A DNA stretch of 64,000 bases from a virus (lineage: Duplodnaviria; Caudoviricetes). The notes under the pieces are model-generated. The model was given only the letters and a program-made list of their open reading frames with translations. It was not told the origin of the DNA and ran no database searches. Shown in pieces: positions 19,433 to 28,151 of this stretch. Each line of letters starts with the position of its first letter. Positions within the stretch are counted from its first letter, which is position 1. Location of the stretch: the IMG/VR virus record IMGVR_UViG_3300021963_000022, one strand, 5' to 3'. The position numbers and the translations under genes were made by a program.

Positions 19433-20065
19433 ATGATTATTGGAGTTACAGGATTAATTGGGTCAGGCAAAGATACGATTGCTGACTATCTTTGCACATT
19501 TCACGGGTTCAAACGTGTTAGTTTTGCGGCCTCATTGAAAGACGCAGTAGCCGCAGTATTTGGTTGGAATAGAGATTTACTAGAGGGTTCAACTAAGTCT
19601 AGTAGAGAATGGCGTGAAAAACGTGATGAATGGTGGAGTAATCGTTTAGGTATGGAAATCACCCCACGGTGGGTACTACAATACTGGGGCACAGAAGTCT
19701 GTCGTAACGGTTTTCACAAAGATATCTGGGTTGCTAGTGTAGAGAACAAACTACGTCAGACAGACGAAAATATTGTTATTACTGATTGCAGATTTGCAAA
19801 TGAAGTTAATTCAATTAAAAGTGTAGGTGGTGTGACTATGAGAGTTAATCGTGGGTCACGTCCAGTATGGTATAGTGCCGCAGTTGATTACAACAATGAA
19901 TCTGAAAGTAGCGAACAATATCAAAAAGCCAAGTTAATACTAGAAGGGCACAATGTTCATGCAAGTGAGTACAGTAGTGTAGGATTGTTGTACGACTACT
20001 ATATTGACAACAACGGAAGTATTGATTCATTACACGGGCAAGTAAACTCAGTAGTCAACTTCTAA
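19433..20065 (+). CDS. deoxynucleoside monophosphate kinase (T4 gp1-like)
   Basis: IIGVTGLIGSGKDT, FAASLKDAV, PRWVLQYWGTEVCR, ITDCRF.NE. Confidence 0.9.
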   Translation: MIIGVTGLIGSGKDTIADYLCTFHGFKRVSFAASLKDAVAAVFGWNRDLLEGSTKSSREWREKRDEWWSNRLGMEITPRWVLQYWGTEVCRNGFHKDIWVASVENKLRQTDENIVITDCRFANEVNSIKSVGGVTMRVNRGSRPVWYSAAVDYNNESESSEQYQKAKLILEGHNVHASEYSSVGLLYDYYIDNNGSIDSLHGQVNSVVNF

Positions 20066-20392
20066 GTCACCCCTACGCCAAGTAACTTCTTTACGTTTGA
20101 CAACTTCTACACAGTTAAGACAGATACTACGTAAGTTTATTAGTTCGTTATTATCTAAGTTACCGTCAATGTAGAAGACGGTAAGCTGACTAGTAAACAA
20201 TCCCTTAAAGCCGCATAAATCACATGCGGCTTTTTTCTTGTATCCTGCTTTTTGCCAGCTGGGTACTCTAGCTTTTTTCTTATTATTCTTACGACCACAC
20301 TCATCACATTTAGACCGATAGTGTATTATGTCATTACGTTTGTAATTAATAGCGCAAAAGTTCTTATTGCATTGCTTACATATAGGTCTCAT
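20048..20392 (-). CDS. Zn-binding HNH-like protein
   Basis: Four CxxC pairs; VFYIDGNLDNN..NL..ICLNC; CATAAATA at 20398-20405 on the minus strand. Confidence 0.7.
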   Translation of the reverse strand: MRPICKQCNKNFCAINYKRNDIIHYRSKCDECGRKNNKKKARVPSWQKAGYKKKAACDLCGFKGLFTSQLTVFYIDGNLDNNELINLRSICLNCVEVVKRKEVTWRRGDLEVDY

Positions 20393-20452
20393 AGTGATAT
20401 TTATGATAGGAACCTTCGAAGGCACCATTTTCGGCAGTTTTTACGTCCTTCT

Positions 20453-20484
20453 GATAAATATTAGTACGTTAGGGCGTTAACCCT
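20453..20484 (+). promoter_or_regulatory. late box GATAAATA plus small leader hairpin
   Basis: GATAAATA 20453-60; AGGG-CGTTAA-CCCT 20471-84. Confidence 0.6.
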
Positions 20485-20512
20485 CAAAATCATAACACAA
20501 AAGGAAAACAAC

Positions 20513-23500
20513 ATGGCACTAGTATCACCAGGCGTACAAGTTACGATCATTGACGAAAGTCAATACGTTCCATCAGCCTCAAATTCAGTCCCTTTAATTA
20601 TCTTAGCTACCGCACAGAATAAAACAAATGCAGCCGGTACTGGGGTAGCAGCGGCAACTACAAAAGCTAACGCTAATAAATTATATCAAGTAACAAGTCA
20701 ACGTGACTTAGTAAACTTATACGGAAATCCATTTTTCTATAAGACAAGTACAAATGTACCTATTCAAGGGTATGAGTTAAATGAATATGGTCTACTAGCC
20801 GCTTACTCATTATTGGGTACAACAAATCGTTGCTTTGTACTACGTGCAGACGTAGACTTAGCAAGTTTAACAGGATCTATTTCCCGTCCATTGGGTGACC
20901 CAGCTGATGGCACTTATTGGTTAGATACTACATCAAGTGATTGGGGAATTTACGAATGGAACAGTACAACACAGAAATTTGTAGAGAAGACTCCGTTAGT
21001 AATTACTGACAGTACAGATTTGACTGGCGACTATCCAAAAGTTAGTTTAGGTAATGTTGGTAGTTACGCAGTTATTGCATCCCAACCAACAACAGGTCCT
21101 ACAAGTAATTCTACTTATTTTTATAAAAACTTGGATAATGTCTGGGTTCAATTGGGTGGTGTTGACTGGAAGAAGAGTGTCCCTACTGCGATCGGTGCAA
21201 CTTACAATCCTACAGTAACAGTGGGTGACAAGTTTGAAATTATTACTTCTAATTTTACATTAGAAATTACAGTACCTAACAGTCCTAATAACGATATTGA
21301 TGGTGTAGTATCTGCTATCAATGATTATGGAATCGATGAAGTATTTGCGGAAAATGTAGGTAACAAGTTATACATATATTCTGCACAAGTAAGTGCTAAT
21401 TCTTATGTTACTGTAAACAATCTAACAGGAACTCCTTTAGAAGATTTAGGGTTAGTAGATGGTAAAACGTATTACCAATCACTTACTACATATGGCACAT
21501 CTGCTCAGATGCCATTATGGGGTAGCTCACAATCTCAACCTAGAATATCAGGTTCAGTATGGATTAAGACAAGTGTTACAGGCAGTGGTGCAAATCTATT
21601 ACTTTCTAAGTACAATAGTATACTAGATCAGTATATTGTACAAAATTGCAATATGTATTCTTCTGATTGGGCAGCTACATATGCGTTAGACAGTACAGGA
21701 GGAAAAGCTATTCCAGCTGGTTCTACTTATGGTCAATATGGTTATATGAATAGTTGGACCAGTGCTCCTGTTATTCTTAAAGAAAGACTGGCAACAGGTG
21801 CTACAGTAGCGACTGGTACAGACACAAGCCCAACATTTACTAACAATGCATGTATTAATGTACAAGTTAGTGTACCGGGTAGTAGCAGTTTGTCTAGTGT
21901 CTACACAGTGCAAATGCCATCAAGTGGTACAGTTGATGCAGTAGATTTTGTTACTGCATGGCAAGCTGCTGGTATACCAAATACTACAGCAATTGTTACG
22001 AATGAAGGTTCAATTCAACTTTCACACACTCAAGGTGGTCAGATTATCATTGATGACTATGTTAATAATTTTGGTGTTGTGCAAGGTACTAGCAATGGAA
22101 CTATTTCTGATTCAGGTTTAGATGGTGCAATTAATGCAGGATTTGGTCCTTTCAGTGTGTTTACAGCAGTAGGCGAAACAACAGGCGGTACCGGACAAGC
22201 TGAACCAGCTGGTCCAGCAACGTTTACTATTACTGCAGCTGGTCTTAGTTATACTGCAAATGCTACTCCAGTAAATGCCGGTGAAAACTATTCAGTAGGT
22301 GACGTATTGACTATTACAGGTACTCAACTAGGCGGTGATGCTCCTGCTAACAATTGCTCTTTGATAGTAACTGCAGTTGATACACTATCTGGTGCTATTA
22401 TTAGTGCTAGCGTATTGCAAACAAGTGTTGCTAAAGCTAGATATACTACTCAAATAAGTAACTGGATAAGTTTAGATTATACAGCTAATGAAGGTGCTCC
22501 TGCATCTAATCCACTCAACAACACTAACTGGTTCTATTCAGTAGCTGATGAAGTTGATATTATGGTTAACCAATCAGGTACTTGGAAAGGTTACAGAAAT
22601 GTAAACTTCAATAGCGATGGTTTCCCGTCAGCAACTGGTTCACCTGCAACTGATCCCGATGGTCCAATCTGTGCCGCAGTTGCTCCAACTGAACAAAGTG
22701 ACGGTACTGCGTTGGTATATGGTGATCTATGGATTAGCACAAGTGCTGCTGACCTAGAAAACTATCCAGTATTAAGTCGTTGGCAATCAGTTGACGGTGT
22801 AGATCAATGGGTGTTAGTTGATACTACTGACCAAGTAAGTAGTGAAGGTGTATTGTTTGCTGATGCACGTTGGGCTAGTTCTGGCGCAGTTGATCCAGTT
22901 AACGATCCGATCCCAACAATCGTTTCTATGCTAACAAGCAACTTTACAGATTTAGATTGTCCAGACCCTGATTTGTACCCAACAGGTATGTTGTTATTCA
23001 ACACACGCCGTAGTGGCTACAATGTAAAACAGTTTAGAACAAACTATTTCACTGCAAACAACTATCCAAGTGGTTCATTACCGAGTCAATCATATACATG
23101 GGTATCCGCAAGTGGTCTAAACACTAACGGTTCACCATATATGGGTCGTAAAGCTCAACGTAACATAGTTGTACAAGCATTGCGTTCAGCAGTATCTACA
23201 AATATGTCAATTCGTGAAGAGGACACATATTTCAACTTAATGGCTGCTCCTAACTATGTTGAATTACAGCCTGACATGGTTACATTGAACAATGAGAGAA
23301 ACAATACAGCGTATATCGTTGGTGACACTCCATTGCGTTTAGCAGACCAAGCAACTGATATTCAGAATTGGGCTACAAATGCAGCCGGTGCAAGCTCATC
23401 AGGTGAGGATGGTTGGGTTACACGCAACGAATACTTAGGTGTATTCTATCCAAGTGGTATCACAACAGATACAACTGGTGCACAAGTTGTTGTTCCTGCA

Positions 23501-24088
23501 AGTCATATGATGTTACGTACATTCTTACGAAACGATGCTGTAGCTTATCCTTGGTTAGCGGCAGCAGGTACACGTCGTGGTACTATTGACAACGCATTGA
23601 ATATTGGTTACTTAGATGCAACTACTGGTGAATTCCAAGTTATCAAGAATCGTCAAGGCATTCGTGATGTATTGTATACAAATCAAATCAACCCATTAGC
23701 ATTCTTTACAGGTGTTGGATTACTAAACTATGGTAATAAGAACAGTAAAGACACAATGAGTGCGATGGATAGAACAAACGTAGCACGTTTAGTTTGCTAC
23801 ATCCGTGAACGTCTACAAGTTCTTGCAAGACCATTTGTGTTTGAGCCTAATGATGCATTAACACGTAATCAAATTGCAGGTGTTGTACAAACATTGTTTA
23901 TTGACCTAGTTGCAAAACGTGGTTTATATGACTACATCGTACAGTGTGATACACAAAATAACACACCAGCACGAATCGATAGAAATGAATTATGGATTGA
24001 TATTGCAATTGAGCCAGTGAAAGCGGCTGAATTCATTTACATCCCGGTTCGTATTGTTAACACTGGGGCCTTATCAGCATCAGCATAA
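20513..24088 (+). CDS. gp18: tail sheath protein (gp18-like)
   Basis: MALVSPGVQV.IIDES start; YPW.AAAG..RG, INP, RTNVARL, FVFEPND and IAIEPVKAAEFIYI C-terminal motifs. Confidence 0.95.
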   Translation: MALVSPGVQVTIIDESQYVPSASNSVPLIILATAQNKTNAAGTGVAAATTKANANKLYQVTSQRDLVNLYGNPFFYKTSTNVPIQGYELNEYGLLAAYSLLGTTNRCFVLRADVDLASLTGSISRPLGDPADGTYWLDTTSSDWGIYEWNSTTQKFVEKTPLVITDSTDLTGDYPKVSLGNVGSYAVIASQPTTGPTSNSTYFYKNLDNVWVQLGGVDWKKSVPTAIGATYNPTVTVGDKFEIITSNFTLEITVPNSPNNDIDGVVSAINDYGIDEVFAENVGNKLYIYSAQVSANSYVTVNNLTGTPLEDLGLVDGKTYYQSLTTYGTSAQMPLWGSSQSQPRISGSVWIKTSVTGSGANLLLSKYNSILDQYIVQNCNMYSSDWAATYALDSTGGKAIPAGSTYGQYGYMNSWTSAPVILKERLATGATVATGTDTSPTFTNNACINVQVSVPGSSSLSSVYTVQMPSSGTVDAVDFVTAWQAAGIPNTTAIVTNEGSIQLSHTQGGQIIIDDYVNNFGVVQGTSNGTISDSGLDGAINAGFGPFSVFTAVGETTGGTGQAEPAGPATFTITAAGLSYTANATPVNAGENYSVGDVLTITGTQLGGDAPANNCSLIVTAVDTLSGAIISASVLQTSVAKARYTTQISNWISLDYTANEGAPASNPLNNTNWFYSVADEVDIMVNQSGTWKGYRNVNFNSDGFPSATGSPATDPDGPICAAVAPTEQSDGTALVYGDLWISTSAADLENYPVLSRWQSVDGVDQWVLVDTTDQVSSEGVLFADARWASSGAVDPVNDPIPTIVSMLTSNFTDLDCPDPDLYPTGMLLFNTRRSGYNVKQFRTNYFTANNYPSGSLPSQSYTWVSASGLNTNGSPYMGRKAQRNIVVQALRSAVSTNMSIREEDTYFNLMAAPNYVELQPDMVTLNNERNNTAYIVGDTPLRLADQATDIQNWATNAAGASSSGEDGWVTRNEYLGVFYPSGITTDTTGAQVVVPASHMMLRTFLRNDAVAYPWLAAAGTRRGTIDNALNIGYLDATTGEFQVIKNRQGIRDVLYTNQINPLAFFTGVGLLNYGNKNSKDTMSAMDRTNVARLVCYIRERLQVLARPFVFEPNDALTRNQIAGVVQTLFIDLVAKRGLYDYIVQCDTQNNTPARIDRNELWIDIAIEPVKAAEFIYIPVRIVNTGALSASA

Positions 24089-24091
24089 TAT

Positions 24092-24113
24092 AGTCCCCCT
24101 CGGGGGACTTTTA
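24092..24113 (+). terminator. intrinsic terminator after sheath
   Basis: AGTCCCC-CTCG-GGGGACT followed by TTT. Confidence 0.7.
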
Positions 24114-24119
24114 TGATAA

Positions 24120-24127
24120 GATAAATA
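24120..24127 (+). promoter_or_regulatory. late promoter box GATAAATA
   Basis: Before the tube gene and AGGAG RBS. Confidence 0.7.
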
Positions 24128-24146
24128 ATTATATAGGAGAAATAAC

Positions 24147-24776
24147 ATGGCAACAGCCTCACAATCACTGTTCAATATGACCGTAGGAGCAGACAACACA
24201 CCTAGCTCTCAGGGCCTATTGATGCCTAAATTGCAATATCGTTTCAGAGCATTATTTTTGAACTTTGGTACAGGTGGCTCTACACAAGAGCTAACCAAAC
24301 AAGTTATTGATATTGCAAGACCCAGTGTTTCATTTACGGAAATACCAATTGATATTTACAATAGTAAAATATATCTAGCTGGTAAACATGAGTGGACCAC
24401 TACAACTATCAACATGCGTGATGACGCAGGTGGTAACGTTAGTAAATTAGTAGGTCAACAAATTCAGAAACAAATGGATTTTGTTGAACAAGCTAGTGCC
24501 GCAACTGCACAAGATTATAAGTTTGAAATAAACTATGAAGTACTAGATGGCGGAAATGGTTTAGCTACACCAACAGTATTAGAGAAATGGGAACTTTATG
24601 GTTGCTTTATTCAGACTGTTAACTACAACAACATGAATTATAGCTCAAACGAAATGGCTACTATCTCATTGACTGTACGTTATGATAATGCTATTCAAAG
24701 CCCATTGACATCTGGTATTGGTACTAGTGTAGGTCGTGCATTTGGTGGTACAGCAGTAACTGGTATTGGTAGTTAA
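24147..24776 (+). CDS. gp19: tail tube protein (gp19-like)
   Basis: Follows the sheath; YRFR, GKHEW...INMRDD, W.LYGCF and ISLTVRYD motifs. Confidence 0.85.
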   Translation: MATASQSLFNMTVGADNTPSSQGLLMPKLQYRFRALFLNFGTGGSTQELTKQVIDIARPSVSFTEIPIDIYNSKIYLAGKHEWTTTTINMRDDAGGNVSKLVGQQIQKQMDFVEQASAATAQDYKFEINYEVLDGGNGLATPTVLEKWELYGCFIQTVNYNNMNYSSNEMATISLTVRYDNAIQSPLTSGIGTSVGRAFGGTAVTGIGS

Positions 24777-24782
24777 TAACTA

Positions 24783-25967
24783 ATGGCAGGATTCTTCCAA
24801 GACTTGTTAAAGGACACTGTCAAAGGATTCTTTGGCAGTGAGTACCTTCGTGATTATACTCACGCTAGTAAAACGTTTAGAACTAACTCTTATCAGTTTT
24901 CTCCTAAATATAAGTTCTTGTTTCATGTCTACTTTGACATAAACTATCAACTATTAGGTGATAGCTTTCAATTTCCTGATGGGACTAAAAACTTTTTCGG
25001 GTTAGCAGTTAAAACTGTTCAATTGCCTAAGTATACATTTGATTTGCACACAATGAATCAGTACAATCGTACTAGAATTGTGCAAACCAAAATCAAATAT
25101 GATCCTATCAATATCACATTCCATGATGATAATGGTAATTTGATTAGAAAGTTATGGTATAACTACTATTCATACTACTTCAAAGATAGTGTACAAACTG
25201 ATCCATACGAATCATATACACCTACTCCATCATCATATGGTGGTAAACCTTCATACGGTAATTCAGGTCAATTAGATATGAACACACGTAATCTATATCA
25301 ACCTTCTATCACGGGTAATGATGATTGGGGTTATGTAGGTGAGTCAGGCAACGGACAACAAACTAATCTAGGCGCAACTATTGGATCTAGTAAAGCTCCG
25401 TTCTTTAGATCAATCAACGTATATGGTTTTAATCAACATAACTTTGTAATGTACAAGTTAGTTAATCCTATCATTGAGAGTTTTAGCCACGATACATATG
25501 ATTACTCTGCTAGTAACGGTATCATGGAACATCAAATGACATTGCGTTACGAGACAGTTAAGTATTACGAAGGTGCAGTTGATGGAAAAAATCCTAGCAA
25601 ATATGTTCCTGAGTTTGGTGATATAGAACACTATGATAGAACACTTAGCCCTATTGCAAGACCTGGTTCTAATTCAAGTATATTAGGACAAGGTGGTTTA
25701 GTTGATGGCATCGGTGGTACAATGCAAGACTTAAAAGACGGTAACTGGATTGGTGCTATACAAAAAGCAGGAGCAATGAAGAACACGTTTAAGAATCCTC
25801 AAAATATTCTTAAGATTGCTAAATCAGAAGCTTTATCTACCGTAGCTAATTCGATTAACCCTCCTCCTAATTCAAATAATCCGTTTAAGTTTCCTGTAGC
25901 TGACATAGCTAACAATATCAACGGCAACATATCAAACTTTTTAGGTAAACCACCTAGAGTGGGTTAA
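24783..25967 (+). CDS. tube-paralogous baseplate/tail-tube initiator (gp54/gp48-like)
   Basis: VKTVQLP..NQYNR..YDPINITFHDD parallels the tube fold; adjacent to the tube gene. Confidence 0.6.
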   Translation: MAGFFQDLLKDTVKGFFGSEYLRDYTHASKTFRTNSYQFSPKYKFLFHVYFDINYQLLGDSFQFPDGTKNFFGLAVKTVQLPKYTFDLHTMNQYNRTRIVQTKIKYDPINITFHDDNGNLIRKLWYNYYSYYFKDSVQTDPYESYTPTPSSYGGKPSYGNSGQLDMNTRNLYQPSITGNDDWGYVGESGNGQQTNLGATIGSSKAPFFRSINVYGFNQHNFVMYKLVNPIIESFSHDTYDYSASNGIMEHQMTLRYETVKYYEGAVDGKNPSKYVPEFGDIEHYDRTLSPIARPGSNSSILGQGGLVDGIGGTMQDLKDGNWIGAIQKAGAMKNTFKNPQNILKIAKSEALSTVANSINPPPNSNNPFKFPVADIANNINGNISNFLGKPPRVG

Positions 25968-25986
25968 ATAATATAGAACTAATATT

Positions 25987-26346
25987 ATGGCCCTTATTGA
26001 CGAAACATATTCAAATTTAGATAATACTGTAAAGATTTTTGATTCTTTCTACAACTTCCAAACGGTAGTAAACTCAAACGAATATGATATAGTGTATTCG
26101 TACTTCTTAGAAATATCACAGAGTAAAAGCATAGCAAAAAACTTCACAGCCTTTTTATTTAGAATTGCTAATGTCATTGGGGAAGATGCATTATCATTAC
26201 TAGACTATATTAAAGGTAAAAGTAAGTTACAAACTACTGCACTTATGGCGTACTATCTCAACGGTATAAAAAGCAAAACAACTTTATACGGTGTTAGTAT
26301 AGAGCCAGTACCAAACGAACCTGTTCAACGTAACATTGTGGTATAA
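25987..26346 (+). CDS. hypothetical protein
   Basis: 119-aa ORF coupled to the next gene. Confidence 0.8.
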   Translation: MALIDETYSNLDNTVKIFDSFYNFQTVVNSNEYDIVYSYFLEISQSKSIAKNFTAFLFRIANVIGEDALSLLDYIKGKSKLQTTALMAYYLNGIKSKTTLYGVSIEPVPNEPVQRNIVV

Positions 26347-26786
26347 TGGCAAACTTTGCACAAGGTGTATTCGTACCAACTAAACCAGAAAAATATGTAG
26401 GTAAACATAAACCTAGATATCGTAGCGGTTGGGAGTTTACATTCATGCAATTCTGTGATAAGAATGATGCAGTATTGCAATGGGCAAGTGAAGCAATTTC
26501 AATACCCTATCGTAACCCATTGACGGGTAAGCCATCTATGTATATCCCTGACTTTTTTATTGTATATCAGAATAAGTTTGGTAAACAAATAGCAGAGATG
26601 GTTGAAATCAAACCCAAGAAACAAAGTATTATTGAAAGCAAAAAAGCTAATGCTAGAGATAGAGCAGTGGTAGCACTTAATCATGCTAAATGGGCAGCAG
26701 CCAATACATACTGCAAGCGAAGCGGCATCACATTTCGTGTAATTACTGAGGATGACCTTTTCTACAAGGGCGGCACCCGCAAATAA
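26346..26786 (+). CDS. gp4: head completion nuclease (gp4-like, TnsA-N fold)
   Basis: KPEKYVG, YRSGWE, WASE.ISIPY, YIPDF and EIKP. Confidence 0.85.
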   Translation: MANFAQGVFVPTKPEKYVGKHKPRYRSGWEFTFMQFCDKNDAVLQWASEAISIPYRNPLTGKPSMYIPDFFIVYQNKFGKQIAEMVEIKPKKQSIIESKKANARDRAVVALNHAKWAAANTYCKRSGITFRVITEDDLFYKGGTRK

Positions 26787-26810
26787 ATACTACTATAATA
26801 GGATAGTTGT

Positions 26811-27311
26811 ATGACCAAAAAACTAAGTGAATTGTTTGATCTTCCTGATTTTGAATCAGAAAAGGAAATAAACGAATCCAACATTGAAAAAGCTGAAGCT
26901 CAAGTAATCACGCAAGAAGCATATTCTAATCTAGAAAAGATTGAGAATGCACTTCCTCAAGTTAGGGGATTAGAAGCAAGCGACATTGAGATGGATGAAT
27001 TAGCTAGTCTAGCAACTAACAGCTATAAAGACTTGATGGATCTAGGTATGCAAGTTGATAGTAGATTTGCTAGTGAAATCTTCAATAGTGCTAGTAGTAT
27101 GTTAGGTCATGCAATCACAGCAAAAACAGCTAAAATCAACAAAAAACTTAAAATGATTGACTTACAACTTAAAAAAGCATCATTGGATCATAAAACACAG
27201 TCTAAGATAGAAGAAATACAAAGCACCCCACTGGGCGAGGGCAATCTATTAGATAGGAATGAACTACTAAAAACATTGTTGGCAAACAAAAAAGACAATA
27301 GTGATAAATAA
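26811..27311 (+). CDS. helical protein, possible terminase small subunit
   Basis: AATAAATA 26782-89; size, helicity and SRFASEIF segment recall gp16-type subunits; weak. Confidence 0.4.
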   Translation: MTKKLSELFDLPDFESEKEINESNIEKAEAQVITQEAYSNLEKIENALPQVRGLEASDIEMDELASLATNSYKDLMDLGMQVDSRFASEIFNSASSMLGHAITAKTAKINKKLKMIDLQLKKASLDHKTQSKIEEIQSTPLGEGNLLDRNELLKTLLANKKDNSDK

Positions 27312-27330
27312 TTAATACAGGAATAAAACA

Positions 27331-27927
27331 ATGAAGAGCCTACGTCATTATCTAACAGAGAGTGTCAGAACATATCAATATACTATCAAAATCTTAGGTG
27401 ATTGCGATGCAAAGTTTATGGAAATGTTCAAATACAATCTAAGTAAATTCGATCCAGTAAAGATCGACACACCTAAATCCACACCTATAAGAAAATCTAT
27501 TCAAGGTTTTCCTGATGCATCAAATGATTCGTTGACTATCATTAAAGTTGAGTTTAAATACCCAGCTACTGAGCCAATGATTCAACAATGTGCTCAAGCA
27601 TGTGGTTGTAATATTAATCGTGTTAGAATGCAAACAACTGAGTTTGCTGATAGCATTGAACATACAGCGGAGCAGTATGCTAATCAAGTTGATGACAGTC
27701 CATTGTTGTTAAAAACTGAAATGGCAGATGATGGTAAAGAAGCTAGCAAAGAATATGCTAATCAATATCTTGACCGTGTCATCCCTAAAAAATCTAGCAT
27801 TAATATTCCATACGATGCACCAAAGACTGCTACTCAGCCTAACAAGAGTAAAGAAGGTATTAATACAATTAGTCCTATGAGTAAAATGACTAGGCCGCAA
27901 CTTCCTCCTACAGGAGCAAGAAGATAA
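27331..27927 (+). CDS. hypothetical, candidate head protein
   Basis: GATAAATA 27303-10; MKSLRHYLTE leader. Confidence 0.75.
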   Translation: MKSLRHYLTESVRTYQYTIKILGDCDAKFMEMFKYNLSKFDPVKIDTPKSTPIRKSIQGFPDASNDSLTIIKVEFKYPATEPMIQQCAQACGCNINRVRMQTTEFADSIEHTAEQYANQVDDSPLLLKTEMADDGKEASKEYANQYLDRVIPKKSSINIPYDAPKTATQPNKSKEGINTISPMSKMTRPQLPPTGARR

Positions 27928-28151
27928 TGATTGACTTTTCTACTACACAAATTAGTTGGATATTAATTGGTGCCTGCAGTATAGGTGGCACTGGTTATAT
28001 GACAATGGATGGTAAAATAGGTGAGATGGATAAAAAACTTGCAATAGTACATACTAAAGTAGAAGCAAGTGAAAAAAGATTAAGTGATGCTAATGCTCAA
28101 TTAGACCGCATTGAGAACTTAATCATAAATCAAAATAAAGGATCAAAATAA
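27927..28151 (+). CDS. small single-TM coiled-coil protein
   Basis: Hydrophobic ISWILIGACSIGG followed by heptad-like segment. Confidence 0.65.
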   Translation: MIDFSTTQISWILIGACSIGGTGYMTMDGKIGEMDKKLAIVHTKVEASEKRLSDANAQLDRIENLIINQNKGSK

